This document shows positions 34,903 to 44,048 of a stretch of 64,000 nt of DNA, in pieces. The stretch's first letter is position 1. The number at the start of each line of letters is the position of its first letter. The position numbers and the translations under genes are program-made. The DNA is from Gammaproteobacteria bacterium. GTDB lineage: Bacteria; Pseudomonadota; Gammaproteobacteria; Steroidobacterales; Foliamicaceae. The stretch spans positions 94,321 through 158,320 of the forward strand of contig VXYS01000010.1 of the NCBI GenBank assembly GCA_009845905.1, written 5' to 3'. The notes beneath the pieces are model-generated. The model saw nothing but the letters and a program-made list of their open reading frames with translations. It made no database searches and was not told the DNA's origin.

Positions 34903-35048
34903 GATTTCCTTTACCGTCCCTTGCCCTTCCGGGAGTGTGTGAGCCAGGGATGGCGGAACCAAGCTCCATGGATGGATGCTTGCACTGACGGGTCAAGCTG
35001 CAAGCAGTCATGCGTCTCCAGGAAGGGCAAGGGACGGTAAAGGAAATC
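34903..35048. repeat. family-1 structured intergenic repeat, copy D
   Basis: 33-nt terminal inverted repeat (one mismatch): GATTTCCTTTACCGTCCCTTGCCCTTCCGGGAG / CTCCAGGAAGGGCAAGGGACGGTAAAGGAAATC. Core contains GAGCCAGGGATGGCGGAACCAAGCTCCATGGATGG plus a nested hairpin, GCTTGCA (34978-34984) / TGCAAGC (34999-35005). Confidence 0.85.
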
Positions 35049-35054
35049 TCGCCA

Positions 35055-35963
35055 CTAATCGGGCAGGGAGCGGGCGACGCGCAGGCCGAAGAAGGTGTAG
35101 TGGATGTCCTCCGGGTCGCGGCCCCGGAAGGTGAGGCGCTGGCGGTCCGGGCGCGTAATCCAGCTGCCGCCGCGCACGCTTCGCCGTTCGCACTGACCCG
35201 GCGGAACTTCAAGGGCCGAGCCGTCGGTCGGCAACTCCGCCGTATAGGGCTCGACGTAGCAGTCCTCCACCCACTCCCAGACGTTGCCGGCGACGTCGTA
35301 CAGGCCAAAAGCGTTCGGCTTGAACATGCCGACTGGAGCAAGCGTTGGGAATCCGTCGTCGCATTCGGCCGCCCGCCAGCCGAAATCGTGTACGGGATCC
35401 GCGCTTGAGTCATACACATTGGCATAAGCGCAGGCCGCTTCGGTGTCCTCGCCCCATGTGAAGTCGCCCACGGCGCCCGCCCTTGCCGCGTATTCCCACT
35501 CCGCTTCGGTGGGCAGGCGGTACGGCTGGCCGCTCTTCTCCGCAAGCCAATCCACGTAGGCGCGCGCATCCAGCCAACTGACGCAGGTCACGGGATGATC
35601 CGGCCGGGATTCCTGTCCCAGCATCAGGTCGGTCCAGTTCGACTCCGGATGGTTCTCCCACTCGCCGTCGAATTTGCCGCGACAGCCTTTCTCGACCTGG
35701 TATCCGGTCGCGGAGACGAAGGCTTCGAACTGGGCATTCGTTACTTCGTACCTGCCCAGCGCAAAATCGCGTTCCACGCGCACCTCGCGCGGCGGTCCCT
35801 CCGGACGGCCCTCCTCGCCGCCGGGCGCTCCCATCACGAAACCGCCGCCCGGCACCACGATCATCTCCGGACATCCGTCGCAATCGCGAAAAGGCGCCTC
35901 CGGAACGCCGTCCGCAGCAATCGCCCCGGCCGCCAGGCCGAACACAGCGAACAAAAGGCGCAA
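35055..35963 (-). CDS. periplasmic FGE/SUMF1-fold (DUF323) protein lacking the catalytic Cys pair, paralog 1
   Basis: 302 aa. Signal peptide. FRDCDGCPEMIVVPGGGFVMG, YEVTNAQFEAFV, VSWLDARAY, RLPTEAEWEYAAR, RGGSWITRPD (no CxxxxC after RGGSW). Confidence 0.85.
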   Translation of the reverse strand: MRLLFAVFGLAAGAIAADGVPEAPFRDCDGCPEMIVVPGGGFVMGAPGGEEGRPEGPPREVRVERDFALGRYEVTNAQFEAFVSATGYQVEKGCRGKFDGEWENHPESNWTDLMLGQESRPDHPVTCVSWLDARAYVDWLAEKSGQPYRLPTEAEWEYAARAGAVGDFTWGEDTEAACAYANVYDSSADPVHDFGWRAAECDDGFPTLAPVGMFKPNAFGLYDVAGNVWEWVEDCYVEPYTAELPTDGSALEVPPGQCERRSVRGGSWITRPDRQRLTFRGRDPEDIHYTFFGLRVARSLPD

Positions 35964-35967
35964 AGCG

Positions 35968-36903
35968 CTATTCCGTCAGGGAGCGGGCGACGCGGAAGCC
36001 GAAGAAACTGTAGCGCACCTCTTCGGGATCGCGACCGCGAAACGTGGTGCGCTGCCAGTCGGGGTTGGTGAGCCAGCTGCCGCCGCGAACGCTGCGGTTG
36101 TCGCACTGGCCCGGCGGGAGTGTATAGGCCGAGCCGTCCGTGGGCGTGTCCTCCGGATACAGCACTTCATAACAGTCCTCTACCCATTCCCAGAGATTGC
36201 CGACCATGTCATGCAGACCGAATGGGTTCGGCTGGAAGCTGCCGACCGGCGCCAGGGTCGTATGGCCGTCGTCGCAGTCGATCCAGGGCCAGATGAAGCT
36301 ATGAACGGCGTGCGCGCTCGTGTCATACATGTTGGCGTGATTGCAGCCCTGGTCGGGATCTTCGCCCCAGTAGTACCAGTCACCGGCGCCGGCGCGCGCC
36401 GCGTACTCCCACTCCGCTTCGCTGGGCAACCGATAGTCCTGCCCGCTGATTTCCGACAACCATTCGAGATAGGCGCGGGCATCCAGCCAGCTCACGCAGG
36501 CCACCGGATGCTCGGGGTCGGACTCCTGCCCCAGCCGCAAATTGGTCCAATGCGCTTCGGGGTCGTCCTTCCACTCGTTGTCGATGTTGCCGCGGCAACC
36601 TATCGACATCTCGTAGCCGGTCGCCTCCACGAACTCGCGGTATTGCCGGTTGGTGATTTCGAACTTGCCCAGTGCGAACGGCCGGGGAATGGTCACTTCG
36701 TGCGGCGGGCCCATCGGGCGCTCGCTCACGGCTTCCTCGCTTCCCATGACAAAGCTGCCGCCCGGGACCACGACCATGTCCGGACATTGCTCGCAATCGC
36801 GGAATGATTCGGGTTGCGCATCCTGGGCGGCCGCGGGCGACGCTGCGAACGTGAGGCCGATCAGCACGGCCATTGCTGTCGTATATCGATTCATGCCGCG
36901 CAT
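35968..36903 (-). CDS. periplasmic FGE/SUMF1-fold protein, paralog 2
   Basis: 311 aa, 4 nt upstream of paralog 1. Same motif set: FRDCEQCPDMVVVPGGSFVMG, RLPSEAEWEYAAR, RGGSWLTNPD. Confidence 0.85.
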   Translation of the reverse strand: MRGMNRYTTAMAVLIGLTFAASPAAAQDAQPESFRDCEQCPDMVVVPGGSFVMGSEEAVSERPMGPPHEVTIPRPFALGKFEITNRQYREFVEATGYEMSIGCRGNIDNEWKDDPEAHWTNLRLGQESDPEHPVACVSWLDARAYLEWLSEISGQDYRLPSEAEWEYAARAGAGDWYYWGEDPDQGCNHANMYDTSAHAVHSFIWPWIDCDDGHTTLAPVGSFQPNPFGLHDMVGNLWEWVEDCYEVLYPEDTPTDGSAYTLPPGQCDNRSVRGGSWLTNPDWQRTTFRGRDPEEVRYSFFGFRVARSLTE

Positions 36904-36931
36904 TCTAGCGCGCCCGCCTCACTACTCGATC

Positions 36932-37039
36932 CGCCTTTCCGCTACCCCTTCGTGCCGGGAGTGTCGGCGACAGGAGTCGCCGCCAAGCTCCATGGATGGA
37001 TTTATGCGTCTCCCGGCACGAAGGGGTAGCGGAAAGGCG
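36932..37039. repeat. family-1 structured intergenic repeat, copy E
   Basis: Perfect 30-nt terminal inverted repeat CGCCTTTCCGCTACCCCTTCGTGCCGGGAG / CTCCCGGCACGAAGGGGTAGCGGAAAGGCG. Core contains AAGCTCCATGGATGGATTTATGCGT. Confidence 0.85.
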
Positions 37040-37049
37040 CCCCCAAGGG

Positions 37050-37970
37050 TCAGTCGAGGGAGCGAGCGACGCGGAAGCCGAAGATCGAGTAGCGCAGGTC
37101 CTCGGGATCGCGGCCGCGGAACGCAAGCCGCTGGCGGCTGATCCGCGAAGTCCAGCTGCCGCCGCGAACGCTGCGCCGATCGCACTGGCCGGGCGGCGGG
37201 CCGTATGCGCTTCCGTCCGTGGGAATGTCGGCCGGATACGGCGCCACGTAGCAGTCCTCCACCCATTCCCAGAGATTGCCGGCCACGTCGTGCAGGCCGA
37301 ACCCGTTCGGTTGCAGGCGTCCGACTGGAGCCAGCATCGGAAAACCGTCATCGCAAAGCGCGGGCTGCCAACTGTAGCCGTGCATGGCTTGCGCGCTCGA
37401 GTCGTACACATTGGCCTGGCCGCAGGCCTCGTCCGGCTCCGACCCCCAGGGAAAATCGCCGCTCGCGCCGCCGCGCGCGGCATATTCCCACTCCGCCTCG
37501 CTGGGCAGCCGGTACGACTGGCCGCTCGTCTCCGCCAGCCACGCGACATAGGCGCGTGCGTCCAGCCAGTTGACGCAGGCCACCGGGTGATCCGGTTCCC
37601 ATGCCTGGCCGGTCTTGAGATCGGTCCAGACGGCTTCTTGATGCAGCAGCCACTCGTCGCCGACCCGCACCGCGCAGGGCGGTTCGGTTTCGTAGCCGGT
37701 GTCGGCCACGAACGCGGCGAATTCCCGGTTGGTGACTTCAAACCGTCCGATCGCGAAGGCTCTTGGGATGCTGACCTGGTGAGGCGGACCGTCCGGGCGT
37801 CCTTCCTCGCCGCCCTCCGCACCCATGACGAAGTCCCCCGGCGGCACTTCGACCATCACGGGACAGACGTCGCATTCCTGAAAAATCCTCGGCGCTTCGG
37901 ACTCCGCGGCCTGCGCCGAAAGACCGGCCAGCGCCGCCAGCAGGACCGGCGCCGCGGCTAAAACTGCCAT
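37050..37970 (-). CDS. periplasmic FGE/SUMF1-fold protein, paralog 3
   Basis: Start at MAVLAAAPVLLAALAGLSAQA (ATG at 37970, 13 nt inside the 3' end of the upstream porin gene). FQECDVCPVMVEVPPGDFVMG, RLPSEAEWEYAARGG, RGGSWTSRIS. Confidence 0.8.
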   Translation of the reverse strand: MAVLAAAPVLLAALAGLSAQAAESEAPRIFQECDVCPVMVEVPPGDFVMGAEGGEEGRPDGPPHQVSIPRAFAIGRFEVTNREFAAFVADTGYETEPPCAVRVGDEWLLHQEAVWTDLKTGQAWEPDHPVACVNWLDARAYVAWLAETSGQSYRLPSEAEWEYAARGGASGDFPWGSEPDEACGQANVYDSSAQAMHGYSWQPALCDDGFPMLAPVGRLQPNGFGLHDVAGNLWEWVEDCYVAPYPADIPTDGSAYGPPPGQCDRRSVRGGSWTSRISRQRLAFRGRDPEDLRYSIFGFRVARSLD

Positions 37971-38728
37971 ACCAGCAAGGCCAGGACCGTGTTCTCGTCG
38001 GTCTCCCCGTCGCCGAGCTTGTTCATCCAGTATTGATATTCGATTCCCATCCATAATCGTTCAGTCACCCTCCAGCGTAGTTGAGGCTGCGCAAGCAGCC
38101 AGCCGTCGACATTGTCGCCGAACCGGTTCCTGCGGCCGCCAATGTATTCGATATGGCCTTCCAGACTGAAATTCTGCCCGCCCAGAGTGAAAGGACGCGC
38201 GAAACTCAGGTCCACCATGAACGAATCGCTTTCCTTCGGCGCTCCGCCCGATGCGACGCCCCTGCTGTCGTCTATGTACCCGGTGATATCCAGGTTGGCG
38301 AAAGCGAATCCGTGCAGGTCCAGCGACAAACGGATTCCCGGAAGGTACTTGACGACGTTGGCGTCATCGGCCCAGTTGATTCCGAGGACCAGCCCGATGT
38401 CCGCGACCGGCCCTGCGCCGATTTTCCTGCCGGCAATCTTCGACAGGCTGAAATTGGAGTACCACTCGCCGTACAAGTCGAAATCCTGGAAGCCGGACTC
38501 CCGCGAATCCAGCATGTCCATGAAGACGAAGTTGTCGCCGTATTTCCAGCCGTGCGCGTGCTGGCCGGTGGTGATCAGGTGTTTCGCCCTGCCGCCGCCG
38601 GCGAACGAGGGAACGTCGAGCTGCCCGTACTGCAGGTGCAGTTCGGTATCGCTCCATTCGAACCCCTGACTTGAAGGAGCGCATGCAACCAGCAGCGCAA
38701 TTGCCGTTGCGCTCGCAGGCGCCCGCAT
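37958..38728 (-). CDS. Tsx/OmpK-like outer-membrane channel
   Basis: Start at MRAPASATAIALLVACA. Alternating beta-strand pattern with DLYGEWYSNFSLSKI and a C-terminal aromatic end, LLVWQF. Family call is by resemblance to Tsx/OmpK. Confidence 0.7.
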   Translation of the reverse strand: MRAPASATAIALLVACAPSSQGFEWSDTELHLQYGQLDVPSFAGGGRAKHLITTGQHAHGWKYGDNFVFMDMLDSRESGFQDFDLYGEWYSNFSLSKIAGRKIGAGPVADIGLVLGINWADDANVVKYLPGIRLSLDLHGFAFANLDITGYIDDSRGVASGGAPKESDSFMVDLSFARPFTLGGQNFSLEGHIEYIGGRRNRFGDNVDGWLLAQPQLRWRVTERLWMGIEYQYWMNKLGDGETDENTVLALLVWQF

Positions 38729-38730
38729 GG

Positions 38731-39156
38731 CTATCCGCCCTGGGAGCCGCTCCGCAGCAAGTGAATCCCGGTGGCGCCCGCCAGCAACGGCACGCCGGCG
38801 TCGACGACGATCCATACCAGCGAAACCGTGTCGTCTCCTATGGCAGTGAAGGCGGGGTTCATCAGATTGAACCAGTTCCAGAAGAACATGATTCCCACGA
38901 ACAGGAATCCGTAGAACAGCGTGTTGGCCACCAGGAACTCACGAGTGACCGAATCGCCCCCCACGCCCGTCTTGCGCAGGTAGCTGAACACCGCGCCCAA
39001 TACAATGGCCAGCGCGGTCAACGGGTTCACTATGGTCCAGAATGGGCTGTAGGGCTGGCCGGGTCCCGATGCGTGGTACAAGGGCTCGACGACCGTATGG
39101 ACGGCCACCAGCACGGCAACCGCAAAGAGATACAAGCCGCAGATTTTCTTCAACAT
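38731..39156 (-). CDS. small integral membrane protein (4 TM), function unknown
   Basis: 141 aa with four hydrophobic helices. Its stop lies 2 nt before the porin start, which suggests one operon. Confidence 0.6.
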   Translation of the reverse strand: MLKKICGLYLFAVAVLVAVHTVVEPLYHASGPGQPYSPFWTIVNPLTALAIVLGAVFSYLRKTGVGGDSVTREFLVANTLFYGFLFVGIMFFWNWFNLMNPAFTAIGDDTVSLVWIVVDAGVPLLAGATGIHLLRSGSQGG

Positions 39157-39224
39157 GTGCGAAAGCCCCCTTATTCCCGGGAAGAAATCCCGCTCCGCGC
39201 TTCGAGCATAGCACGCGGCCGGCC

Positions 39225-40769
39225 ATGAACAGGACGATCCCCACGGGCGCGCTGGCCGGACTGTTGTGGGCCGCGGCGTTCTGTTTCTACCCGGAGTGGA
39301 CGCTGGTCCGCTGGTTCATCGGCATGGCGGGACTGACCCTGCTCCTTTCGCTGTGGTCGGGCGAGCGGGCCGCCGGCAGTCCGAGGGCGGCCGCGGCCGG
39401 AAGCTTTGCCTTCGGCCTGTGCGCCTTCTCGGCCGCCTGCTACTGGATCTATCACAGCGTGCGCATCGTCAGCGGGGGGCCGGTGGCGCTGGCCGTCGCG
39501 CTGGTCGTCCTGCTGGCGGCCGTGATGGGCTGCTGGTACGCGCTGGGCGGCTACTGGGCGGCGCGCATGCAACCGAAAAAGTCCTGGGTGGCGCTGCTTG
39601 TCGTGCTGCCCTGCGTCCTGGTACTGACCGAATGGCTCAGGGGCTGGGTTTTTACCGGATTCCCCTGGCTGAGCGCCGGATACCTCACCGCCCCCGTGTT
39701 TGCCGGCCGGATTCCGTCAATGCCGGCGTCCCTGGGCGGCATGTACCTGGTGGGACTGACGACGGCGTTGCTGGCCGGCGCATGCCTGCTTGTCTGGCGC
39801 AGCGCTCCCGGCCTCATGCTCCGGGGATTGGGCCTGGTCCTGCTGCTTGGCGGCGCCGCGGGGCTGGGGCAGATTTCGCTTCCGGAAAGCGATGGCCCGT
39901 CGCGCGGCCAACTGCACGCAAGGCTCGTGCAGGGCGGCATTCCCCAGGAGCGGAAGTGGCTGGAAGAGGAGTTCCTGCCGACGCTTACCCGCTACGAACT
40001 GCTGAGCTTCGGGCAGCCGATGCCGAGCGCCACTCCGGAGCCCGCGCTGATCGTCTGGCCGGAGGTCGCGGTCCCCCAGACGCAGGATTTCGTCCGCGAT
40101 TATCTCGACGAAATGGACCGCCTGTTGCGCGCCCGACGGATCGCCCTGGCGCTTGGAATTCTCACCGAAACCGACGCCGGCCGATTCAATTCGCTGATCG
40201 TGCTGGGCAACGGCCAGGGGACCTATCACAAGCACCACCTGGTGCCCTTCGGGGAGTTCTTCCCCGTGCCCGATGCGATAAGGGACTGGCTGCTGAGCAT
40301 GAACCTTCCCGCCAGCGACCTCGTTCCCGGGCCGGCCGGACAGGCGCCGCTCACGGCCGGTGAGGCAGTCTGCGGCGTGAGCATCTGCTACGAGGCGGCG
40401 TTCGGTTCGGAGCAGCGAAGATGGACGCCGGCGGCGGAAGTTCTCATCAACGTCAGCAATGACGGCTGGTTCGGCGACACCGTAGCGCTGGAGCAGCATC
40501 TGGACATGGCGCGCGTGCGCGCGATGGAAACCGGCCGCTACCTGCTGCGCGTGACCGGCACCGGCATTACCGCGGCGGTGGACCCCCGCGGCCGAATCAT
40601 CGACCGGCTGCCCAAGTACGAACCCGGTTTCCTGGACGTGAAGGTGGCGCGGCTGGAGGGCGCTACGCCCTACGTGCGTTACGGAGAATGGCCCGTGGTC
40701 GTCCTGTGCATCTTGCTCGGAATCGCGCTTCCGGCAGCAGTTAGAATCCGCAGGGCCGGCCGGGCTTGA
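39225..40769 (+). CDS. lnt: apolipoprotein N-acyltransferase
   Basis: Start at MNRTIPTGALAGLLWAAAF. N-terminal polytopic domain plus a CN-hydrolase domain (VWPEVAVP, catalytic Cys in SICYEAAF). Confidence 0.85.
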   Translation: MNRTIPTGALAGLLWAAAFCFYPEWTLVRWFIGMAGLTLLLSLWSGERAAGSPRAAAAGSFAFGLCAFSAACYWIYHSVRIVSGGPVALAVALVVLLAAVMGCWYALGGYWAARMQPKKSWVALLVVLPCVLVLTEWLRGWVFTGFPWLSAGYLTAPVFAGRIPSMPASLGGMYLVGLTTALLAGACLLVWRSAPGLMLRGLGLVLLLGGAAGLGQISLPESDGPSRGQLHARLVQGGIPQERKWLEEEFLPTLTRYELLSFGQPMPSATPEPALIVWPEVAVPQTQDFVRDYLDEMDRLLRARRIALALGILTETDAGRFNSLIVLGNGQGTYHKHHLVPFGEFFPVPDAIRDWLLSMNLPASDLVPGPAGQAPLTAGEAVCGVSICYEAAFGSEQRRWTPAAEVLINVSNDGWFGDTVALEQHLDMARVRAMETGRYLLRVTGTGITAAVDPRGRIIDRLPKYEPGFLDVKVARLEGATPYVRYGEWPVVVLCILLGIALPAAVRIRRAGRA

Positions 40770-40788
40770 CACCTCTGGAGGAGCGGAA

Positions 40789-42276
40789 ATGAGTGTGAGA
40801 AGAAGACAGGTCCTCAAGGGAGCGCTCTCTCTGTCGGCCCTTTCTCTTTCCTACCCGTTCCTGAAGCCCGCGGCAGGATTCGCCGCCGAAAAGACCACGG
40901 CCGTCGTGATCGGAGGCGGCCTGTCGGGACTCAACTGCGCGCTGCTGCTTTCGGATTTCGGCATCGACGTGATCCTGCTGGAAGGGTCGGACCGCATCGG
41001 CGGACGGGCCCATACGGCCGACGGCGTGGAGACGCGCCCGGAATACGGGGCCAGCGAGGTGGGCCGTTCGTATGCGCGGGCCATCGACCTGTGCTCCCGG
41101 CTGGACGTCGAGCTTCTCCCGGACATCCGCAGCCTGCTGCCCATGTCCAATTACGTGGAGGGAACCTGGGTGAAGTCCGGGGAGTGGGCCGATTCGCCGG
41201 TCAACAGAATGGCCGACTACGAGCGCGAACTGCCGCCGCTCATGGTGGGCATGGGCCTGTTGTCGAGGTTGAATCCACTGCAAAACCTCGACGACTGGCT
41301 ATCTCCGGAATTCGCCGCCTACGACATCTCGATGCGCGAACTGTTCCTGAACAACGGCGTCTCGGAGGCGGCCCTGCGGCTGGCGGCAGTCCCCATGGAC
41401 CTGCGCATGACCTCCAGCCTCGGCATGATGCAGGAGCGAACGCGGACCCTGTTCGACGCGAATTTCGGCAGGACGCAGACCCAGGCCGCGGACACGCCGT
41501 TCGGGCTGGCGGCCACGCGCGAGGAAGGAGAGGAAACCTTCCCGGTGCGGACGATCGCGGGCGGCACGTCGAGACTGCCGGAAGCGATGGCCGCCGCGCT
41601 GGGCGACCGGGTCCGGCTGGGCAAGGTGGTCGCGGGAATCGACATGTCCGGGTCGGACGCTGAAATCCGCTGCCTGGACGGCAGCCGCTACCGGGCCGAT
41701 TTCGTGGTTTCCGCCATGCCGTTCACGACCTTGCGCAATATTTCGATTTCGCCGGGATTTTCGGGTCGCCAGGCCGAGGCGGTGCTGACGCTGGGCTACC
41801 GCGGCACAACGCGCGCCTGGGGGGTCATAGAGGAACCGTACTGGGAAGACGACGGGCTGGAACCGTCGTTCTTCACCGACGAAACCATTCAGACGGTGGT
41901 GGTGCTGGACAAGCTGCCCGGAGAGGACACGCACCGGTGTTCGGTGATTTTCACCGGCCCGTCCGCGGCGCGGATCGACCAGATGCCCGACGACCAGGCC
42001 CTCGCCCTGATCGAATCGGAAATCGCCCGGATCCGTCCTTCGACGAAGGGCAAGATGCGCTTCGTGGACCTGTACGGCTGGCGCAAGAACCCCCTGATTC
42101 AGGGGTGCCGCCACCTGTTCGGTCCGGGCCAGATTTCCAGGTTCGCCATAGAAATGATCGTGCCGCACCACCGCCTGCACTTCGCGGGAGAACACACCCG
42201 GCGAATGGACTTCGGGATGGAGGCGGCGCTGGAAAGCGGCGAGCGGGCCGCATTCGAAATCCTTCAGCGCGCATGA
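40789..42276 (+). CDS. TAT-exported flavin-containing amine oxidase family protein
   Basis: 495 aa. Twin-arginine motif VRRRQVLKGA. FAD dinucleotide fold AVVIGGGLSGLNCALLL and EGSDRIGGRAHT. C-terminal FAGEHT. Confidence 0.85.
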   Translation: MSVRRRQVLKGALSLSALSLSYPFLKPAAGFAAEKTTAVVIGGGLSGLNCALLLSDFGIDVILLEGSDRIGGRAHTADGVETRPEYGASEVGRSYARAIDLCSRLDVELLPDIRSLLPMSNYVEGTWVKSGEWADSPVNRMADYERELPPLMVGMGLLSRLNPLQNLDDWLSPEFAAYDISMRELFLNNGVSEAALRLAAVPMDLRMTSSLGMMQERTRTLFDANFGRTQTQAADTPFGLAATREEGEETFPVRTIAGGTSRLPEAMAAALGDRVRLGKVVAGIDMSGSDAEIRCLDGSRYRADFVVSAMPFTTLRNISISPGFSGRQAEAVLTLGYRGTTRAWGVIEEPYWEDDGLEPSFFTDETIQTVVVLDKLPGEDTHRCSVIFTGPSAARIDQMPDDQALALIESEIARIRPSTKGKMRFVDLYGWRKNPLIQGCRHLFGPGQISRFAIEMIVPHHRLHFAGEHTRRMDFGMEAALESGERAAFEILQRA

Positions 42277-42716
42277 AGATTCCGGGAAATACGAGGCTTA
42301 TCGCGGCAGGCGCGCTGTGCGCGGTCCTGCTCAGCGGAACCGCCACCCTGTCGCTTGCCGACCAGGATGCCCCGCCGGGACAGGACGCCGCGGCCGACGC
42401 AACTCCCGACCCCCGAATGCTGGCGCAGGGGAAACGGCTTTACATTCTCTGCCAGGCCTGCCACGCGACGGAGGCCGATCCGGGCGACAAGATCGGGCCG
42501 CACCTTGCCGGCATCGTCAATCGGCCGGTGGCAAGCGCGGAGGGTACCGTCTATTCCGACGCATTGCGGTCTCAGGATTTTGTCTGGAGCGAGGAAAACC
42601 TGGACCTGTGGCTGCAGCGGCCGGCGGAAATGGTTCCCGGCACGAGCATGAGCTTTGTGGGTCTTCCCGGAGAAGAACTCCGCCGGGCCCTGATCGCCTA
42701 CCTGAACACGCTCTAG
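42273..42716 (+). CDS. periplasmic class I c-type cytochrome
   Basis: 147 aa. The ATG overlaps the amine-oxidase stop (ATGA). Signal peptide. Heme motif CQACH. Distal Met region MVPGTSMSF. Confidence 0.85.
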   Translation: MKIPGNTRLIAAGALCAVLLSGTATLSLADQDAPPGQDAAADATPDPRMLAQGKRLYILCQACHATEADPGDKIGPHLAGIVNRPVASAEGTVYSDALRSQDFVWSEENLDLWLQRPAEMVPGTSMSFVGLPGEELRRALIAYLNTL

Positions 42717-42723
42717 AAAGAGA

Positions 42724-42791
42724 ATCCGGGAAGGAGGCCGTCCCCGCCTCCCGAGGGCGGGACGGCGCGAGGGACATGCTCTCGCTCCCAG
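42724..42791. repeat. family-2 intergenic hairpin repeat (degenerate)
   Basis: TCCGGGAAGGAGGC...GCCTCCCGAGGGCGGGAC...CGAGGGAC...CTCGCTCCCAGG lies between convergent stops. Confidence 0.6.
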
Positions 42792-42792
42792 G

Positions 42793-43629
42793 CTAGGTGC
42801 TGCTGACGCGGAGCCGTTTTACTCGCCGCCGGTCGGCCGAAACGACCTCGAACCGCCATCCTCCGGCTTCCACGGAGTCGCCACGCCTGGGCAATCGGCC
42901 CAGGCGATGAATGACCAGCCCGCCCACCGTGTCGAATTCGCCGGTATCCAGCTCTGAACCAATTTCCTCGTCGAAGTCCTCGATGCGCATCTTGGCGCTG
43001 ACCAGGATCCTGCCGTCGTCCTGCCGCACCAGTTCCGGCGCCTGCTCGGGATCATGCTCGTCGCCGATTTCGCCCACGATCTGCTCCAGGACGTCTTCAA
43101 TCGTCAACAGCCCGGCGGTGCCACCGTACTCGTCCACGACCACGGCGAGATGATTGCGGCCGCGGAGAAATTCGTCGAGCAGGGCGTCGAGACGCTTGGT
43201 TTCGGGAATCAGCGTGACGGGCCTTAGCAATGGCCTGATCTCCAGCTTGTCGTCCGGCGAATCCGTGAGGGCCCGCAGCACGTCCTTGGCCAGCAGACTT
43301 CCGACGACCTCGTCGCGGTTCTCACCGATGACCGGGAAACGCGAGTGGCCGGAACTGATGATCGTGGACAGGAGCTTCTCGCGGCTGTCGTCCAGGCGCA
43401 GGACCACCATACTGGAGCGCTGCACCATCACTTCGTGGACTTCGCGCCGGGAGACCTCCAGCACGCCTTCAATCATCGCCTTCTCGCCCGGCGTGATCTC
43501 TTTCACGCCTGCCAGATCGGCCAGCAGTTCCAGCAAGCCGTCGCGGGTGAGCCGCCCGCGTCCCGCAAGCCGCCCCAGGAATTCCCGGGCGCCGCTCACT
43601 CGCGCTCCTCCGCCCACGGATCCGGCCAT
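42793..43629 (-). CDS. corC: CBS-pair / CorC_HlyC domain magnesium-cobalt efflux protein
   Basis: 278 aa. CBS pair followed by a CorC-type C-terminal domain. Conserved position after ybeY. An alternative GTG at 43599 would give a GTGA overlap with the ybeY stop. Confidence 0.85.
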   Translation of the reverse strand: MAGSVGGGARVSGAREFLGRLAGRGRLTRDGLLELLADLAGVKEITPGEKAMIEGVLEVSRREVHEVMVQRSSMVVLRLDDSREKLLSTIISSGHSRFPVIGENRDEVVGSLLAKDVLRALTDSPDDKLEIRPLLRPVTLIPETKRLDALLDEFLRGRNHLAVVVDEYGGTAGLLTIEDVLEQIVGEIGDEHDPEQAPELVRQDDGRILVSAKMRIEDFDEEIGSELDTGEFDTVGGLVIHRLGRLPRRGDSVEAGGWRFEVVSADRRRVKRLRVSST

Positions 43630-44048
43630 CCGGCCTGCGTCAGCAGTTCCGATTCGAGCGACTCCATCGCACGGGCCTGCTTCGGATCGTGGTGGTCAAG
43701 CCCCGCCAGGTGCAGCGATCCGTGCACAACGAGGTGGGCCAGGTGCGCGGCCGGCGTGGAGCCGCGACCGCCGGATTCCGAGCGCACAAGCGGCATGCAG
43801 ATCACGATGTCGCCGATTTCTCCCAGTTCGCGGTCCGACGGAAAGGCCAGCACGTTGGTGGGCCGGTCGACGCCGCGCCACCTCCGGTTCAGTTCGCGGC
43901 TCTCGGCTTCCTCGACCAGCCGAACGGTCACCGCGCCCTCGCGCGTGAAGCGCGTCAGGCTGCTCCGCACCAGCTCCCGTATCCCCGCGCCGGACAACTC
44001 CGCTTCCGGAACAAGGTCCGAGGCGTCCTGGATCGCAACCTGAATCAC
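43596..44048 (-). CDS. ybeY: rRNA maturation endoribonuclease YbeY
   Basis: 150 aa. Zinc motif HLVVHGSLHLAGLDH. 4-nt overlap with phoH/ybeZ. Confidence 0.9.
   Translation of the reverse strand: MIQVAIQDASDLVPEAELSGAGIRELVRSSLTRFTREGAVTVRLVEEAESRELNRRWRGVDRPTNVLAFPSDRELGEIGDIVICMPLVRSESGGRGSTPAAHLAHLVVHGSLHLAGLDHHDPKQARAMESLESELLTQAGWPDPWAEERE

Noticed and set aside
35055-37970. Annotating the three DUF323 proteins as formylglycine-generating enzymes
   Set aside because: The catalytic cysteine pair after the RGGS(W/F) motif is absent in all three, and no sulfatase genes are nearby.
41937-42272. N-terminal 112-codon extension of the cytochrome c ORF
   Set aside because: It overlaps the 3' part of the amine oxidase gene in another frame. 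The ATG at 42273 gives a normal signal peptide and an ATGA coupling overlap.
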